A DNA stretch of 64,000 nt from Pelomyxa schiedti. Taxonomy: Eukaryota > Protista > Evosea. The notes below the pieces were generated by a model. The model worked only from the letters and a program-made list of their open reading frames with translations, had not been told where the DNA came from and made no database searches. The DNA is taken from contig JAHLWZ010000579.1 in assembly GCA_020536535.1 (NCBI GenBank), forward strand, positions 78,832 to 142,831, read 5' to 3'. Made by a program: the position numbers and the translations under genes. Below are positions 11,401 to 23,910 of this stretch, in pieces (position 1 is the first letter of the stretch; each line of letters starts with the position of its first letter).

Positions 11401-14281
11401 GTGCTAGTGCACCGACAATTAGGGGTTGCAGTATATGTAGTTCAAGGGGGTTTGGAATCACCTTGCATGATAGTGGCAAGGGCACCATAACTTCTTGTAA
11501 TATTTATTCGAACATGAGGGAAGGAGTTGATGTAAGGACTCTTTTGCAGTAATATAGTAACATCAGTAAGGTACATAGGACTAGTCAAGCTGTATTAGTA
11601 AGTAGTTATGTACATCACAATGCAAAAACTGGAGTGCATTTGATCGGTTCAAAATGTGAGATTACAGGGTGTCATATATTTTCTGTATGTCCTAGTGTTC
11701 CTACTACCAATAGTCTCACAAGTATTTTCTTTTGTAGAATGAACTCGCAGGAGTAAGAACATCACATTCCAAACTTAACATGTGTCAATGTTGGATACAA
11801 GGAAACAAGCTCCCCGGGCTTGTTATTTTGCGAGATTCTAAGGCTCATGTAACAAATTGTTGTTTCAGAGCAGGTGAACAGTCTGGGTGTGCAACCGCGT
11901 GTTTCTCTCTATCTGTCTTAATAACTGGTTCTTGTAGTATCTTTTTCTGTAATGGTGGCCATGGGTCTGTCGAGAAGTGCACTATCTCAAGCAACAGTCT
12001 GGCTGGGGTTGAAATTTCTACAGACTCGGATCCAGACATTCGCCACTGTATAATTGATTCCAACAAGTATGGTGTTCACTATAGAGACAGAGGTAGTACC
12101 CCTTCCTTCCAAATCTGCTAAAGTTTGAAGGGCTTGGCCATCTGGAGAACTGTACAATCATACGTAACAGCAGTAGCAATATCCGCGTCTTTGATGAAAG
12201 TGAGCCTTTTATTCGGGCCTGTCGAGTATTTGAAAGTGGGGGTGTGGGAATACGCTTCAGTAATTGTGGGAGTGGCGCGATCTTGGAGAACTGCGACATA
12301 GCGGCGAGCAATGCATCAAATGTAGAGATAATTGGGAACTGTAGCCCCACAATAAGGTCCTGTCAAATACATGACGGGAACGAAACAGGACTGAGATTTG
12401 ATAAAGAAGCCAGTGGTATGGTTGAACTGTGCACGATTTTTCGCAATTGCTTAGAAGGAATAAGTGTACGTAACTTGGCATACCCTCTTATTAGGAAGTG
12501 TCTTATTGTAGAAGGGCTGCAGGTTGCTACATTACACGATTTACTTTGCTTAACGATTGCTATCTAACAGAGCGGAATAGTATTGCACTCGTGTGGGTCC
12601 TCCACTTTAATAGACAACTGTGAAATTCATTCCAATACAACCTCTGGTATAGAATTAAGTAAAAATAGGTTTGTATAATCAATGGTTCCTTCTTAATTCC
12701 CCAATAGTGCTCCTATTATCCGGGGATGCAACATTCATGAATGCCTTTTTGCTGGTGTCCAGTACTTAGACGAATCAGGTGGCTCTCTTCTGGAGTGCAA
12801 AATATCCAACAATGGAACACCCATGAGACCTCAACCTGGAATTGAGGTTCCTAGTATGGGCGGGCCAATTATCAAAAATTGCGTGATTGACGGGAGTGCA
12901 ATAAGTACCAAGAGCACCCAGGAGACACCCCGACCAAACTTGAGGATAGCGCAAGTCATTTTCACACCAGGTGAAATTGCTGCTTCAACAGACAACTACA
13001 ATGAAAGTCGCAAATTGGGGGAAGGTGCCCATGGTAAGGACAATAGCTGAATGATCGTTACCATTTATTTTGTACATTAGGTATCGTTTTTAGAGGTGTT
13101 CTGCACGGAACTCCTGTGGCAGTTAAGGTTATGGATAGCAAACTGCGGTCCAGTGTGAAAAAAGGATTTGAATATGAAGTTCAACTTCTCAGCACATTTA
13201 GGTAGTAAACAGGAAAAAGAAGAATAATAACACCAGACATAGGCACAGAAACCTGGTCCCACTTTTAGGCTGTTGCAGTGGTGAACCACTGGCTCTCGTT
13301 TATGACTTAATGGAAGGTGGGGCCCTTAAACCTCTATTGAAGCAAGCTCGGCGTTCTTTTGCAAAAGGTGTTTTATTTCTTTTGTGGGTGGCTTTCTGAG
13401 AGGTTTTACTAGATCAATCTGATTTACTTCCATGGAAGCAGAGACTTAATATTGCAATTGGATGTGCACGTGGTCTCTTATTCCTACATGCAACAACAAA
13501 ACCTCCTGGTATTCTTCTCTTGTTGTATGATCCATATCTCACCTTCTTTGCAGTGATTCACCGTGATTTCAAAAGTGCAAATGTATGGCCTACTTACTTT
13601 TTCCTTCTTGGACACACAATGTCTAGGTGCTCCTCGACAGGCACCGAGAACCCAGAATTGGTGATTTTGGTCTGGCACGTCTTCTGCCAGAAAACACTCA
13701 AACAGGGAATTCTGCTGGAACTCCAGGATATGTATGATACCGCCCTCTTCACCACAGATTTTTCAATGAAAAAAAAAAAAAAATTAAGATATGCCCTGAA
13801 TATGACGCCCATGGCACACTCACAACAAAGGTTGTCCCTTCTTCTCCAGCTGTCCAACTGATTTCAACCAGGTGGATGTGTACAGTTTTGGAGTGGTTCT
13901 TATGGAACTTCTTACCGGGATGCCGGCACTGTTGTATGATAAAGACGACAACGGAGATGTAATTGAAGACTCCGAAATGCCGCTCCCTGAATGGGTGGCA
14001 TATAACATTGCACGGGGTATGAAACGAACCCCCGAAAATCCCCTTAGCGCAATACTACAACCGAACTGGCCTGTCGATGTGAGTGATTATTCACTAGCAC
14101 ATATCCTCTCACTTACAATTCCTAGATTGCTGTTAGTTTGTACAATGTAGCCCGGCAGTGCCTCGTTTCAGAGCAAGATAAAAGGGTCTCTATGGCTGAT
14201 GTTCTCGCCACGCTTGAGGTCATTGAACTTACTGCTACGGAATATGTTGGTGCCACAAACGAGAGTGAGACTGGTGAATAA
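8417..14281 (+). CDS. Multidomain protein: parallel beta-helix N-cap, MSP-like domain, TKL-type pseudokinase, PbH1/FBXO11-like beta-helix repeats, RLK/Pelle(IRAK)-like kinase
   Basis: N-terminus ITVAPKGGDFTSLGEAI...VVPGTYVE. MSP-like FQFKLKDRQHAPVGHPLQETWVLTNKT. Degenerate kinase (VQVK, HHKLSP, EFG, YTAPE, DVYSFAM, CWAEDPLSRP) joined in one exon (about 10659-10784) to resumed beta-helix sequence. Repeats such as IENCCISDTGLAGIEV and VEKCTISSNSLAGVEI. Intact second kinase GEGAHG/VAVK/HRDFKSAN/DFG/GTPGY. Stop at 14279-14281. Confidence 0.85.
10218..10269 (+). other. U12-type (minor spliceosome) AT-AC intron, 52 nt
   Basis: 5' site ATATCCTTT, branch point TTTCCTTGAC at 10251-10260, 3' end CAC. 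Removal joins ...GYSVEANT|IYTAPE in frame. I found no convincing GT-AG solution that keeps both the EFG and APE motifs. Confidence 0.9.
10335..10386 (+). other. GC-AG intron
   Basis: AG|GCACCT...ATCAG|T. Removal restores kinase subdomain IX DVYSFAMVLYFLFKGEHPF. Confidence 0.8.
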
Positions 14282-14483
14282 CCAATCTTCTGTAAACAAA
14301 ACCGGAAACCGCTGGCAATAAGCACATCGACATCAAAACGAAAAGACAAGAGGGCACTCAAAAAAATGATTTTGTTATTTTTGAGGATCTTTTTGGCTAA
14401 TACATTTTACTGTTGTGCTTAGGGTTTTAGTACCAAGTCCGTTGAGTTTTTCATTGCTGTAAAGACAAGAGATGGCCTAGTTT

Positions 14484-17400
14484 TCACGCGGAACAGGATT
14501 CCTTCTCCAGTGAAAAATCCCCATGATTTTTTCCCGTATTCCAGTTCAAGCTGAAAGTATTTTTAGAGGATTAGAAAAAGAGAAAAAGTGATACCACAAA
14601 TTCCGGGTCACCATTGGCTATCAGCGACTCTGAAACAAGTGGTCAGTTTTTTGCTCTGGTTTTTTTTTTTTGTACCTAGATACGAATTCAGGTATCGGCG
14701 GGTAATTTTGATGGGATTCCCGGCTCCAAACACAATCTTGGAACTAAAAGTACCGCTTCCTTTATGGAAATCCATTGGATTCATCATAGAGGGGCAGAGT
14801 GAAACTAGAAATATTGTTAAGTTTAAGGAGTAGATTAAGAGGAAGAAAACCAGGGTGCAGAACATGCTTGAATGTTGAGACCCAAAATGGGCCCATTGCT
14901 TTGGATAGTGCTGTCCAAAACTCATCACCAATGAATTTCAAAACAACCTGATTTACTGATAGATGCCCCGGCTTTGTTCCTTCAATGTGAACAACCATTC
15001 CAAATCGGCCTGTTTGATATTGAGGTGCCACCCTGGTCAACTTGGCCGCGCTTTTGACCTTTTGAGTGACTAGTGCGGGGTGCCAGCTTGTTTCAGCAAT
15101 AGTGTAGCCTCTGAGTACTAAAAATATCACAACCGGCACAGGGAGAATGACAGAATATGGAGAGGTCAGGAGGTAAATAATCTTCACCACAATAGAAGGG
15201 AATAGCAATGATAGAGTTGAAGTGGTGGTAGGTCTCAGCAAGTTCAATTTCAACAAATAAAATGCCACCACGGGTGCCATAACCCATAAAGCATAAATCG
15301 GGAACAGCAATATCTCTCCAATATAGACAGTCCGACGATAGCGGAAACAGAATAAACACAAAGATACCAATATCTTTCTATAGGCTCGCCATAATTTACC
15401 ACTTATGACGTTGTCCCACATCCAGAGATAGGCAGAGGAAGGCGAGAACCATACTACGTGAACCTGAATAACCTGCCACAATTGGGTGAGAACTTGTCGC
15501 GTAGTAGATAACCAACCTTCATAGAGACCTCCCAACTCAGAATTAACGTTGATACCACAAAGAATACCCATGTAAGTTTCACAATGATATTAAAGTCACT
15601 CAGGTATTCAACAGACCCCAGTAGTCGTAAGAGTGCCACGGAATTGCTAGTGACACAAACAGGGAAGAAAAAGCAGACACACAAGAACACAATTGTTCCC
15701 CATACCGACTGAACAATAGAAGGAGCCTTGTTAAGTGCACGTGCCCACACAGGGGAAAAAAGGGTTGCCACAACAGCAAATAGCACATTGGGTGTGGAAA
15801 GTATCACAGCAAGGTCATTTGCCACCACAAACGGAATGCTGAGTGCTAAAAAGATAGCAGTTTCATGCATTTTCCAGAAGGAAAAACTGCAATCAGAGAC
15901 CAATCCTTTGCTAGCGGTACTTGCACTGGACATAAACGTTGGAGATAGTGAATGCCTCCACCCAATATAGTAATACAGTGGAATTAAAGTGTAACCCAGA
16001 AGTTTAAGTGGGAGTGCCAACAGATGCGGTGACTCGTATAAACTTCGAAGAGTCAATTCAAAAATACAGTGATGATAGAGTGTCAAGGTGAGAGGGAAGG
16101 TCCCAGTTTCAAAATGTCTCTTCCGAGCCTCCAACCCTTGGAAGTAGCACTCTTGGATTAAATCGGTTGCGTGATTACTTGGAGGTTTGGCTTTCTTATA
16201 AAACAGTTTGGTCATGTAATAGCAAACTCTAAGCAATTCCAATGCATGAAAAACTGTCAAGAAGATGAATGCTACCATCATAAGATGTGTGAGATCTAGT
16301 AGAAGTTGCTGAAAACACTGTCTAGCAGTTCGATATAGAGTTAGTGTCTTCCAGCCATAGAGTCTTGTCTTACGTTCCTTTTTGGGTTTCGCTGTAGGCT
16401 TATATACTTTATAGAAATAGGCTGCATAATGAAGAAGTGAGTGGGAGCGAAGAACAGAGACTGCGCAGATGATTATGAGTACTGTGTGACAGTAGTCTTG
16501 AAACACAATAATAACAATGTGAAGCAAAAGCCATCTTAGTTTCATTCCAGCACGGTTCTCCTTGAAGACAAGTGCGTGAATAAACATCGACCACCGCCAA
16601 GGTGCCACAAGTGCCAGTGGTGCTATGAGTACAAAAGGGAGATCACGGAGCCACCGCCAAAAAACTCTCACCACCATCATGTGTTCACTATCCCCACTTT
16701 CCCATTTTCTGATTTCATGAACGAGAGATGGAATCCTCCACAAGGTGGCGACAATAATACATATCAAAAAGAAGCAGGGTATATCCTTTAACGCAAGTAA
16801 GAAGTAATCGAAAGTCAATCTCCGCCTCTCCCAAGCTGTCTCGCACTGCCAAGCAGCACGTAGCAAGAAAGGTAAACGCCATAAGGAAAGTAGTGCCAGA
16901 ATTGGAAAGGGTGTATCAATGATAAGTTGGCAGAATTGTGAAAATACAATCTGATGCCAGGATACTTGTCGAGTCGGCACAGGATTTTCCTCCACTTGAA
17001 TTGAAGGGGATTTTTTGGAAGCCATTTTAAAGTGCGGCACCAGGAGTGATATCAGAACAGGGACACGATACATAGTCAATATAATGGGAATGAGAAGCAA
17101 GAATGTTGGCAAATCTAGAGTCCATAGCAGCAGATGGTGCAGAGTCACCTGGCGCCAATGACTTCTCTTGACGCGTCGTGTTGAAGTACGAAATACATCT
17201 GATAGGAACGCATAAGCCCGCCATAGAGTAATTAGCAGTAAAATGTTTGCAGCGACAACAGGTACATCAAACATATCAACAAACAGAAGTAGAAAGTGGC
17301 GAACAGCAGTTTCCCTGCGTTTATATGCATTACTGGTGTTGTAGATATCTCTCCACATGAAAAATGCTCTCCAGAGGAGTAGAGTAACAATACCCCCCAC

Positions 17401-18876
17401 AACAATGAATGGGGTATCTACTAGTAGACTTCCAAACTGAAGTAAAATTTTACTATCACATTCGCTCAATGTATTGCATGTCCTTAAATCAGAATACAGA
17501 GATTTGAGACGGTAAACTGTCAAAATCAAAACTATCCAGGCACACAGTGCTAAAATGTCAATAAAGATAGAAACAAATTGAATCAGTGCCTCTGCTCGCC
17601 TTGCTCCAGCAACATGTCTGCCAGTAACCGCAGCCCATTCTCTGTACATGATCACAGACCGGTACATTGTCAAAGTGACGAAAATGACAAATGGAGAAAC
17701 TAATAGGTCTAACAATGCCCCAGTGCCAGCAGAAACGCAATGTCCCCGCATAGAATAGATATCACCAGTGTGAAAAACGGACTCAAAAAGGGATGACCAT
17801 CTCCAGGGAGTAAGGAGAGCCAGAGAAGAAAATGAGAAAGCTGCCACGTCAATAGCACCTTGAATGGTGTGATGCAGAATGATCTTCCGCGGCAATAAGT
17901 CCTCCCTGAATCGAGGACAGATCTCAGAGGGCCACGCCTACCATATTTGGTAAACAGTTTTGTTTTAATCAACTGAAGAGGGGAATCACAGAAATTGTCT
18001 GGTGGTAAGCCCTTGACCATCTCCACGGAACCATCAAGATCACCGATATAAGCAAAGCTACATCAAATATTGCTAGTCCAAGTTCCACGCGGACCTGGGC
18101 CCTAAAACTCCGGAGATAAACCGGTTTGCCATTTGTTCCACGAAGGGACTGACTTAAACAGTAGAGATAGGAGGAGAAATGGTATAGATGGAGCACAAGA
18201 ACTATAGGTACAAGAAGGGCATAAAAGAAATCCTGATGAAGATCAGTACCCAGAAGGGAAAATAAGAGAAACCAGAATCGAATCCCAGAAAAGATGACCA
18301 ACAGAGAGAACACGCATATCTTTTCTATACTTAGAAAGGAATCCCGGAATTAGTGCCTGTGCGTTTGGATCACTTGAACCAAAGTAAATTCCATACACTA
18401 TACAACACCAAAATACAAGGGTCTGTCCCAATCCTTCAAAGGAGTGAATATCAAGTGAGAGCTAAAACAAAAAACTTACCAACATAGAACTCCGGGAAAA
18501 AATTTCGCAGTAGCCCAAAGACCAGAGGGTAAAGACTCCACAAAAGTGCAAACATGCAGGAAACGCACACAGCCCTCAGTCCCACAAGTATTATCCTGCC
18601 AGATAACCCCACCCCCGTTTTTGTTTTCTCCTCAGTCCCTTTTTTCTTTGATAGCGGGCCAGTGCCGGTGAAACCGAGCCCGGCGGTGCAACTCAACGCG
18701 GCAAGGATGAGTACAATTATGGGATACGCCAGTGTCATGCAGCCGTAGCCAACCAGTCTCCCAATGGCATGCAGAACTACAACCAACACTGGTCTGGATT
18801 CTGAATCGTCATCAGTGACGCTCGTGCGACCCTGAGGAGACTGGGCAGGTACTTCCTGCTTCCCCCTCTTCGACAT
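14484..18876 (-). CDS. Large multi-pass membrane protein built from tandem D-x-P...(L/P)WR repeats; function unknown
   Basis: An 813-aa exon ORF (15454-17895) plus flanking exons, with more than 10 hydrophobic units ending in PWRW/LWR/YR. The soluble C-terminal region reads ...LKFIGDEFWTALSKAMG...GDPEFVLELEYG. Confidence 0.8.
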
Positions 18877-19012
18877 CGCAGTTTTTTTCCTTTTTTTTCT
18901 TGTTGGCGATGCTTAGACGAATTGATGAATATCTAAAATTTGTGTTTTCGCCACAAGTGTGGTAAAGTATTAACAGATAGAAGATAGGGTTGGTGTTGAG
19001 GTGGGTTGTTTG

Positions 19013-20542
19013 TTAAAATTGGTTGGCAGCAGTTTCCAGTGCCTGGTTCTCAAAAGAGGCCCGCAGAATTTCTCGTATGATTTCCTGTTGTTCACTGTAA
19101 TCATCATTTTGTTCACTCTCAGATGACTGTGGATTGGTGTTGATTCTGAATACAACCTCTCCTTGAGCAAGAAGGCCCCTTCCTGTGATGATGTACTTCA
19201 CTCCACACACTGGTGAAATTGGGCTCTTAACAATTACGAGCAACCTACCTTTATTTTTGGTTGCTTGTTTGTGAGCAGTGTGACAACATCATAGGTTTAG
19301 GGGATTGCTTACTTTCATTTGCTGGGGAGAGTGCTACTTTGGGGGTAAAGTACTGCAATGTAATGCGATGATTGACGCAATAATACCATGCGACGCCCAG
19401 TGAAGGTACCACCGCATCATTTTTAGTGGTGACTTGGTTGATCAGAACCACCGCAACATTTAGGGCAGCGGAAAGATATTTGAGTTGTGAGGCCACTTGT
19501 CCAAGAAGCCCTGCACAAGTAACAGGAGTGAGCCACAATAGGTTGAACTGGCACTCAAACTTTGACGACGCACAGCAGAGCTATTATAGTCAAATGAACG
19601 GAATAACACCGCGATGGAGTCGACAACAAGAAGTGCAACTTGGTTGTCAACAATAGTGTCATCAAGTTTCCCAAGTCTAAGAAGACAGTACAATGAATTT
19701 CCTTTCAAGGGGGAAGAAATTTACTGCTCCATGAATCCATCTGCCGTGGTAGGATGGTAGAGTATGACCCGGTTAAGAAGTTCACGAAAACTAGTATCAT
19801 CAAGTGCCAGTTCCGGTTTCATTTCTTTTATAATTTCACTTAACCTTTTTTGTTTGTTTAAAGTGTGAAGTTAGTACCAAACTGGAATTCTATAGGTGTA
19901 AACCTTGTTGGAGATAAGGTTCCCTCAGCATCAAAATATATAACACTACTACCTAAACCACCAAGCTCTGGTGGCAGAATTGTAGTCGCCGTTAGCATAT
20001 GAGCAAACTGAGTCTTTCCTACTCCAGCTGGCCCAACAATCTGACACATGGAAAAAATCGAAGAGTGAGTAATAATGTTCATAGTGCTATTGATACCTCA
20101 GTGATGGAACAGGCAGGAATACCACCATGGAGCACTACGTCCACTGGCGCAATATTAGTAGGAATGAACTTGAATCTGGGGGAGGCAGCAACTATCTCTG
20201 CTATCTTTGTCACTTAGAAAAAATAGTATCCACCAAAAGAAGGTACAAACAGTGTTACAAGGGGGTGCCTCTTTTAAAGCACACTTCCGTATCAACTCTC
20301 CCACAATCGCAGTGGGCAAATCAAGTGTCTGCACTAGCTCCCATTCACTCCATTGCAACACATCCTGGCAAGAAGTAAAAAAAAGAAAAAAAAAAAGTAA
20401 ATCCTAACAACAACAAAACAAAAAAAAAGGGGAACGTGAGACAGACTGCACATGTATTTAAGTTCTTGAGATGACATCGCTCCAACACACTGAGGGGCAG
20501 CCCAGTCCTATCAATGCTACGTCGCGGTCTCCCTTCGTACAT
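19013..20542 (-). CDS. RAD51B: RAD51 paralog, RAD51B-like
   Basis: SITEIVGPAGVGKTQF (Walker A), TILPPELGGLGSSVIYFDAEG, LLVVDSIA (Walker B), VVLINQVT, PSLGVAWYYCVNHR and IVKSP. The LPxxxGGLxGxVxYxD motif matches RAD51B. Confidence 0.8.
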
Positions 20543-20671
20543 ATAGTACCCCCGACCCGAATTCCAAGCTAACAGATCGGATCTGTTAGTGGAGGCTAAA
20601 AAAACGCTTGGTTTTTTGTTTTTTTGTTTGTTTGTTTTCTTCATAGTGGTGAATTACAATGGGGATGTTTC

Positions 20672-22259
20672 TCACATCAGGCAGCAGTTGTTGCCATCAT
20701 CTTTCTTTGTGGAGGTAGTGGTTGAGGTTGATGGTGAGGAATGGCTGGGATAGCACTCGTTGATTACACATTGCCAGTGCAGTGACAATTTGTTGAAAGC
20801 TCCTGGGTCCTCTTTTTCCTTAGTGTTGGTGAGTTTGTAGGAAGAAAGGAATGAATGGAACGAATTCTAATTCCCACACCAGGACGCGGAACTCAAATGC
20901 AGTGTTTCCTGAGAGTACTCGGCTTTCTTCACTCCAATCAAATAGAGCGGGGCTGGTGCCGGGGCACTGGTGCATTTTTTAAAATTTAGTTATATGATAT
21001 AACCAGAGATTATTACTATATAATAATGGATTATTAGAAAATAAGAATTGAAGCGTAGAACCCATGGATTTAATTCCACAAGCCACACAGCATTGGTGTG
21101 CGGGTTATAGGCAAAATCAGCAACATAGGTGTCGAATGGTACTCGTTCACATACAACCCCGTTGAAGAATTCCAGAATCCTCGATTTGATTTGCTCTTTC
21201 TGAATTTGGTATCAGTGTTTAATCAATATAAGTACTTGGGGTGCACACATTGGCCACAACACCAGGCACAAAACAGAACTTGTAGTAGTGTGAGAGTGCC
21301 GTCATCTTCCTGTTATATATAAATGCCCGGAACTCATATTCAGGATACAGCTCTTGCCACTCCCGTACCACAAAATTAATTTTCCAAGGGTCGGTTGGAG
21401 GAATGACTTCCAATTGGTGCTGAAGGTGCTTTTGAACTCTCTCACTAAGCTTAGTTAATATGAATGAGTTACTCTGAGTGTCTTTTACCTTCGCTTAAAC
21501 ATCAACATTGCTTCAGCACCAGTTGTTACTCTGCACGCCCTGTAAATTGCTCTGTTCAGCTCTATCACGGCCAGTGAGGGAGAGACGGAGAGGTCAGGTA
21601 AGGGGCCCAAAGTACTCAAAGAGTTCTTTAGATGTTCACAGACTTCCTTGCTCTTGAATTTTGTGGCATCTTTTGGGCTGAGTTGCTAAATATCTTCGGT
21701 CCTCGTGAAACATGAAGGAAAACCTGAGGGTAGAGAGCCTCACAAAAGCTGCACCAGCTTTTAATGACCTTATTGCAGCTTCAATCTTTGCCTCCATCTA
21801 TAAAAATGCCACGTTATTGGAATATCACGAAACAAGATACAGCAATCCTTTCATATACTAAAGAGAAATACAAAACCCACTTCAGCAATTACAGGCTCCA
21901 CTTGTACGAGTCAGTAAAGTAAATGAATACCTCGCACATAAAATACAAAAATATGGGAGGTTTGAAATACAAACCTGTGACTGGAGAGGATGAGCTAGAA
22001 CTAGGTTGATTCTGCCACCGTAGAATGGCCCCAGCATCATCCCTGCTTAACGGAATCACCACAGACCTGAATGTAACATCCCCAACAACATCTATCCACC
22101 CCTCCACATTGGCAAGTCCTAGGGAAACAAAAAAAGTTGTTGTTGGAGAGAAGCAAAAATGCTGAGGCCCTAGAGGGCAAAAAAACAGCAAATTTGCTGT
22201 ACAAGGCACGTTACGTTGGTGGTTGGTAACGAACCTGATTCCTCTGTTGCTACTTTCAT
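20672..22259 (-). CDS. CDC123-like ATP-grasp protein with a C-terminal CaaX (NNCCLM*)
   Basis: Spliced motifs FVRLSTLSPKDA, FVVREW, EYEFRAFIYNRKMTALSHY, YVADF, WLVELNP and LFDW. The last exon ends KKDDGNNCCLM* at 20672. The start is approximate. Confidence 0.75.
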
Positions 22260-22375
22260 TTGAGTTTACTGCCTTTTCAGGGGGGAATGAATGGACTTGG
22301 GTGTGTTTTATTCGATTCTTGGGTTTTTATTATGGAGAAAGGTACAAGTGGTGGACTGGCCATTGAGGACTGAGG

Positions 22376-23696
22376 TTAGAGTTGCCCTACTGACGCGAGA
22401 CGGGCAAGTTCGAGAGCGCCGTGAATACCAGCATTCCCGCCAAAGCGGGATTTAACAATGTAGTTGTTAATTGCATCTGTTTGCGTAAGTTAGGAACTAG
22501 GGGGTTGGTGTTTGGTAGATGGGACATACTGGTAGTCACTGCCGGGGAGTCAATGTAGCCACTCAGGAGATGTGTTACTTTCCGGCGAATTGCGGGTAGT
22601 AGTAGCTCTCGGTTCATGATTCCACCTCCAAGAACAATGACACATGGTGAGACAGTAAGCACCAAAGTAGCGCACATGTGTGCCAAGTAGTGCCTGTTCA
22701 ACTCTTAGCCATTTTATAATACTGTTGTCCCTTACGCGACGTGATCCCAGTCTGGGTGTGTATCTGGGACATTTTGGAGGTTTGCTTGGTCAACTTGGAA
22801 TCTCTCAGCCAATGCGTGACTAGCTACCATTGCTTCAACACATGGAACTTCTTTGTGGAAGGGGCAGCACCCTGGGTAAGTGTCACCAACTGCTCGTGGG
22901 GTGCTTAAAAAGAGGTTAGGCGCCAGTTATGAGTACATCTTGTTATCCACACACAACATATGACCCATCTCTGGATGGAGCAGACCATGAACTGGGTGCC
23001 CGTCAACTACAATGCCAACTCCCACACCAGTACCCACAGTAATGTAAGCACAGCTTGTCAGGCTACGCAACCTGTTCACCATAAGAATTCAAAAACATAC
23101 AATGGAGAAAGGCAGTACGGAGGGGGTATGTGGCCTCCATGTGTAACCTCATTGAGAGCAGCAGCATTAACATCGGTGTCAAATCGCACAGGAACAGTTT
23201 CAAACCCCACAGTAAGGAGCTTTAGAAGGTTCACATTCCTCCAAGAGGTCTTCGGTGTTGTTGTAATGTACCCAAACCTTTCAGTACGATTAAAAAGCAG
23301 TCAAGCAACCAACACCCACATTGGGGATGACCCGCAAGGATCAATTGGGCCAAAGGAAGCAACACCCAAGCACTCAAACGGTTGGTGCTCTCTCAACCTA
23401 AAATTGTGAAACCACAGGCATAGAACATGCACATACAAATAAAAAAAAGTTACCACGCATTTATCTTGACCAAGACATCAGCCGGGCCGCCTCCCTCGGT
23501 CGCAAATGTCGCTTTTTCAACGATTCTCCACGCAGGATGTGCCAAAACATCACTCGTAGATCCCGTCTCGCCGACTGTCATAGTTTCCGCTATTGCGACG
23601 CGTATGCTCTGTCCCCTTTGTTATGTAAACATCATGCAGTGAAGATCTAAAAACGGCCTACCCTGTCTCGACACCAGCAAACCTCTTCCGCATCAT
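22376..23696 (-). CDS. ROK-family sugar kinase (fructokinase-like)
   Basis: [38 protein letters not shown], Zn site HPEMGH...CCPFH...[12 protein letters not shown] and NAGIHGAL. Confidence 0.9.
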
Positions 23697-23910
23697 TGTT
23701 TTTCCTTTTTTTTCTTTTTCTGTTTCTGCTTTTTTGTTTGATGGCCTCGTCGTTTGAGAGGGCAGGCAAAAAGATTTTTTTTTTTTGTTGGTTCAATGGC
23801 TTTTAGGCCACTGGCTAATTGTATGTCGGAGGGATGTTATGAAGATACATGGAAGGTTTTGGGTATGGGTTGTTATGGGATGGCGGGACGAAGGATCGAG
23901 GTAAAGTCGG

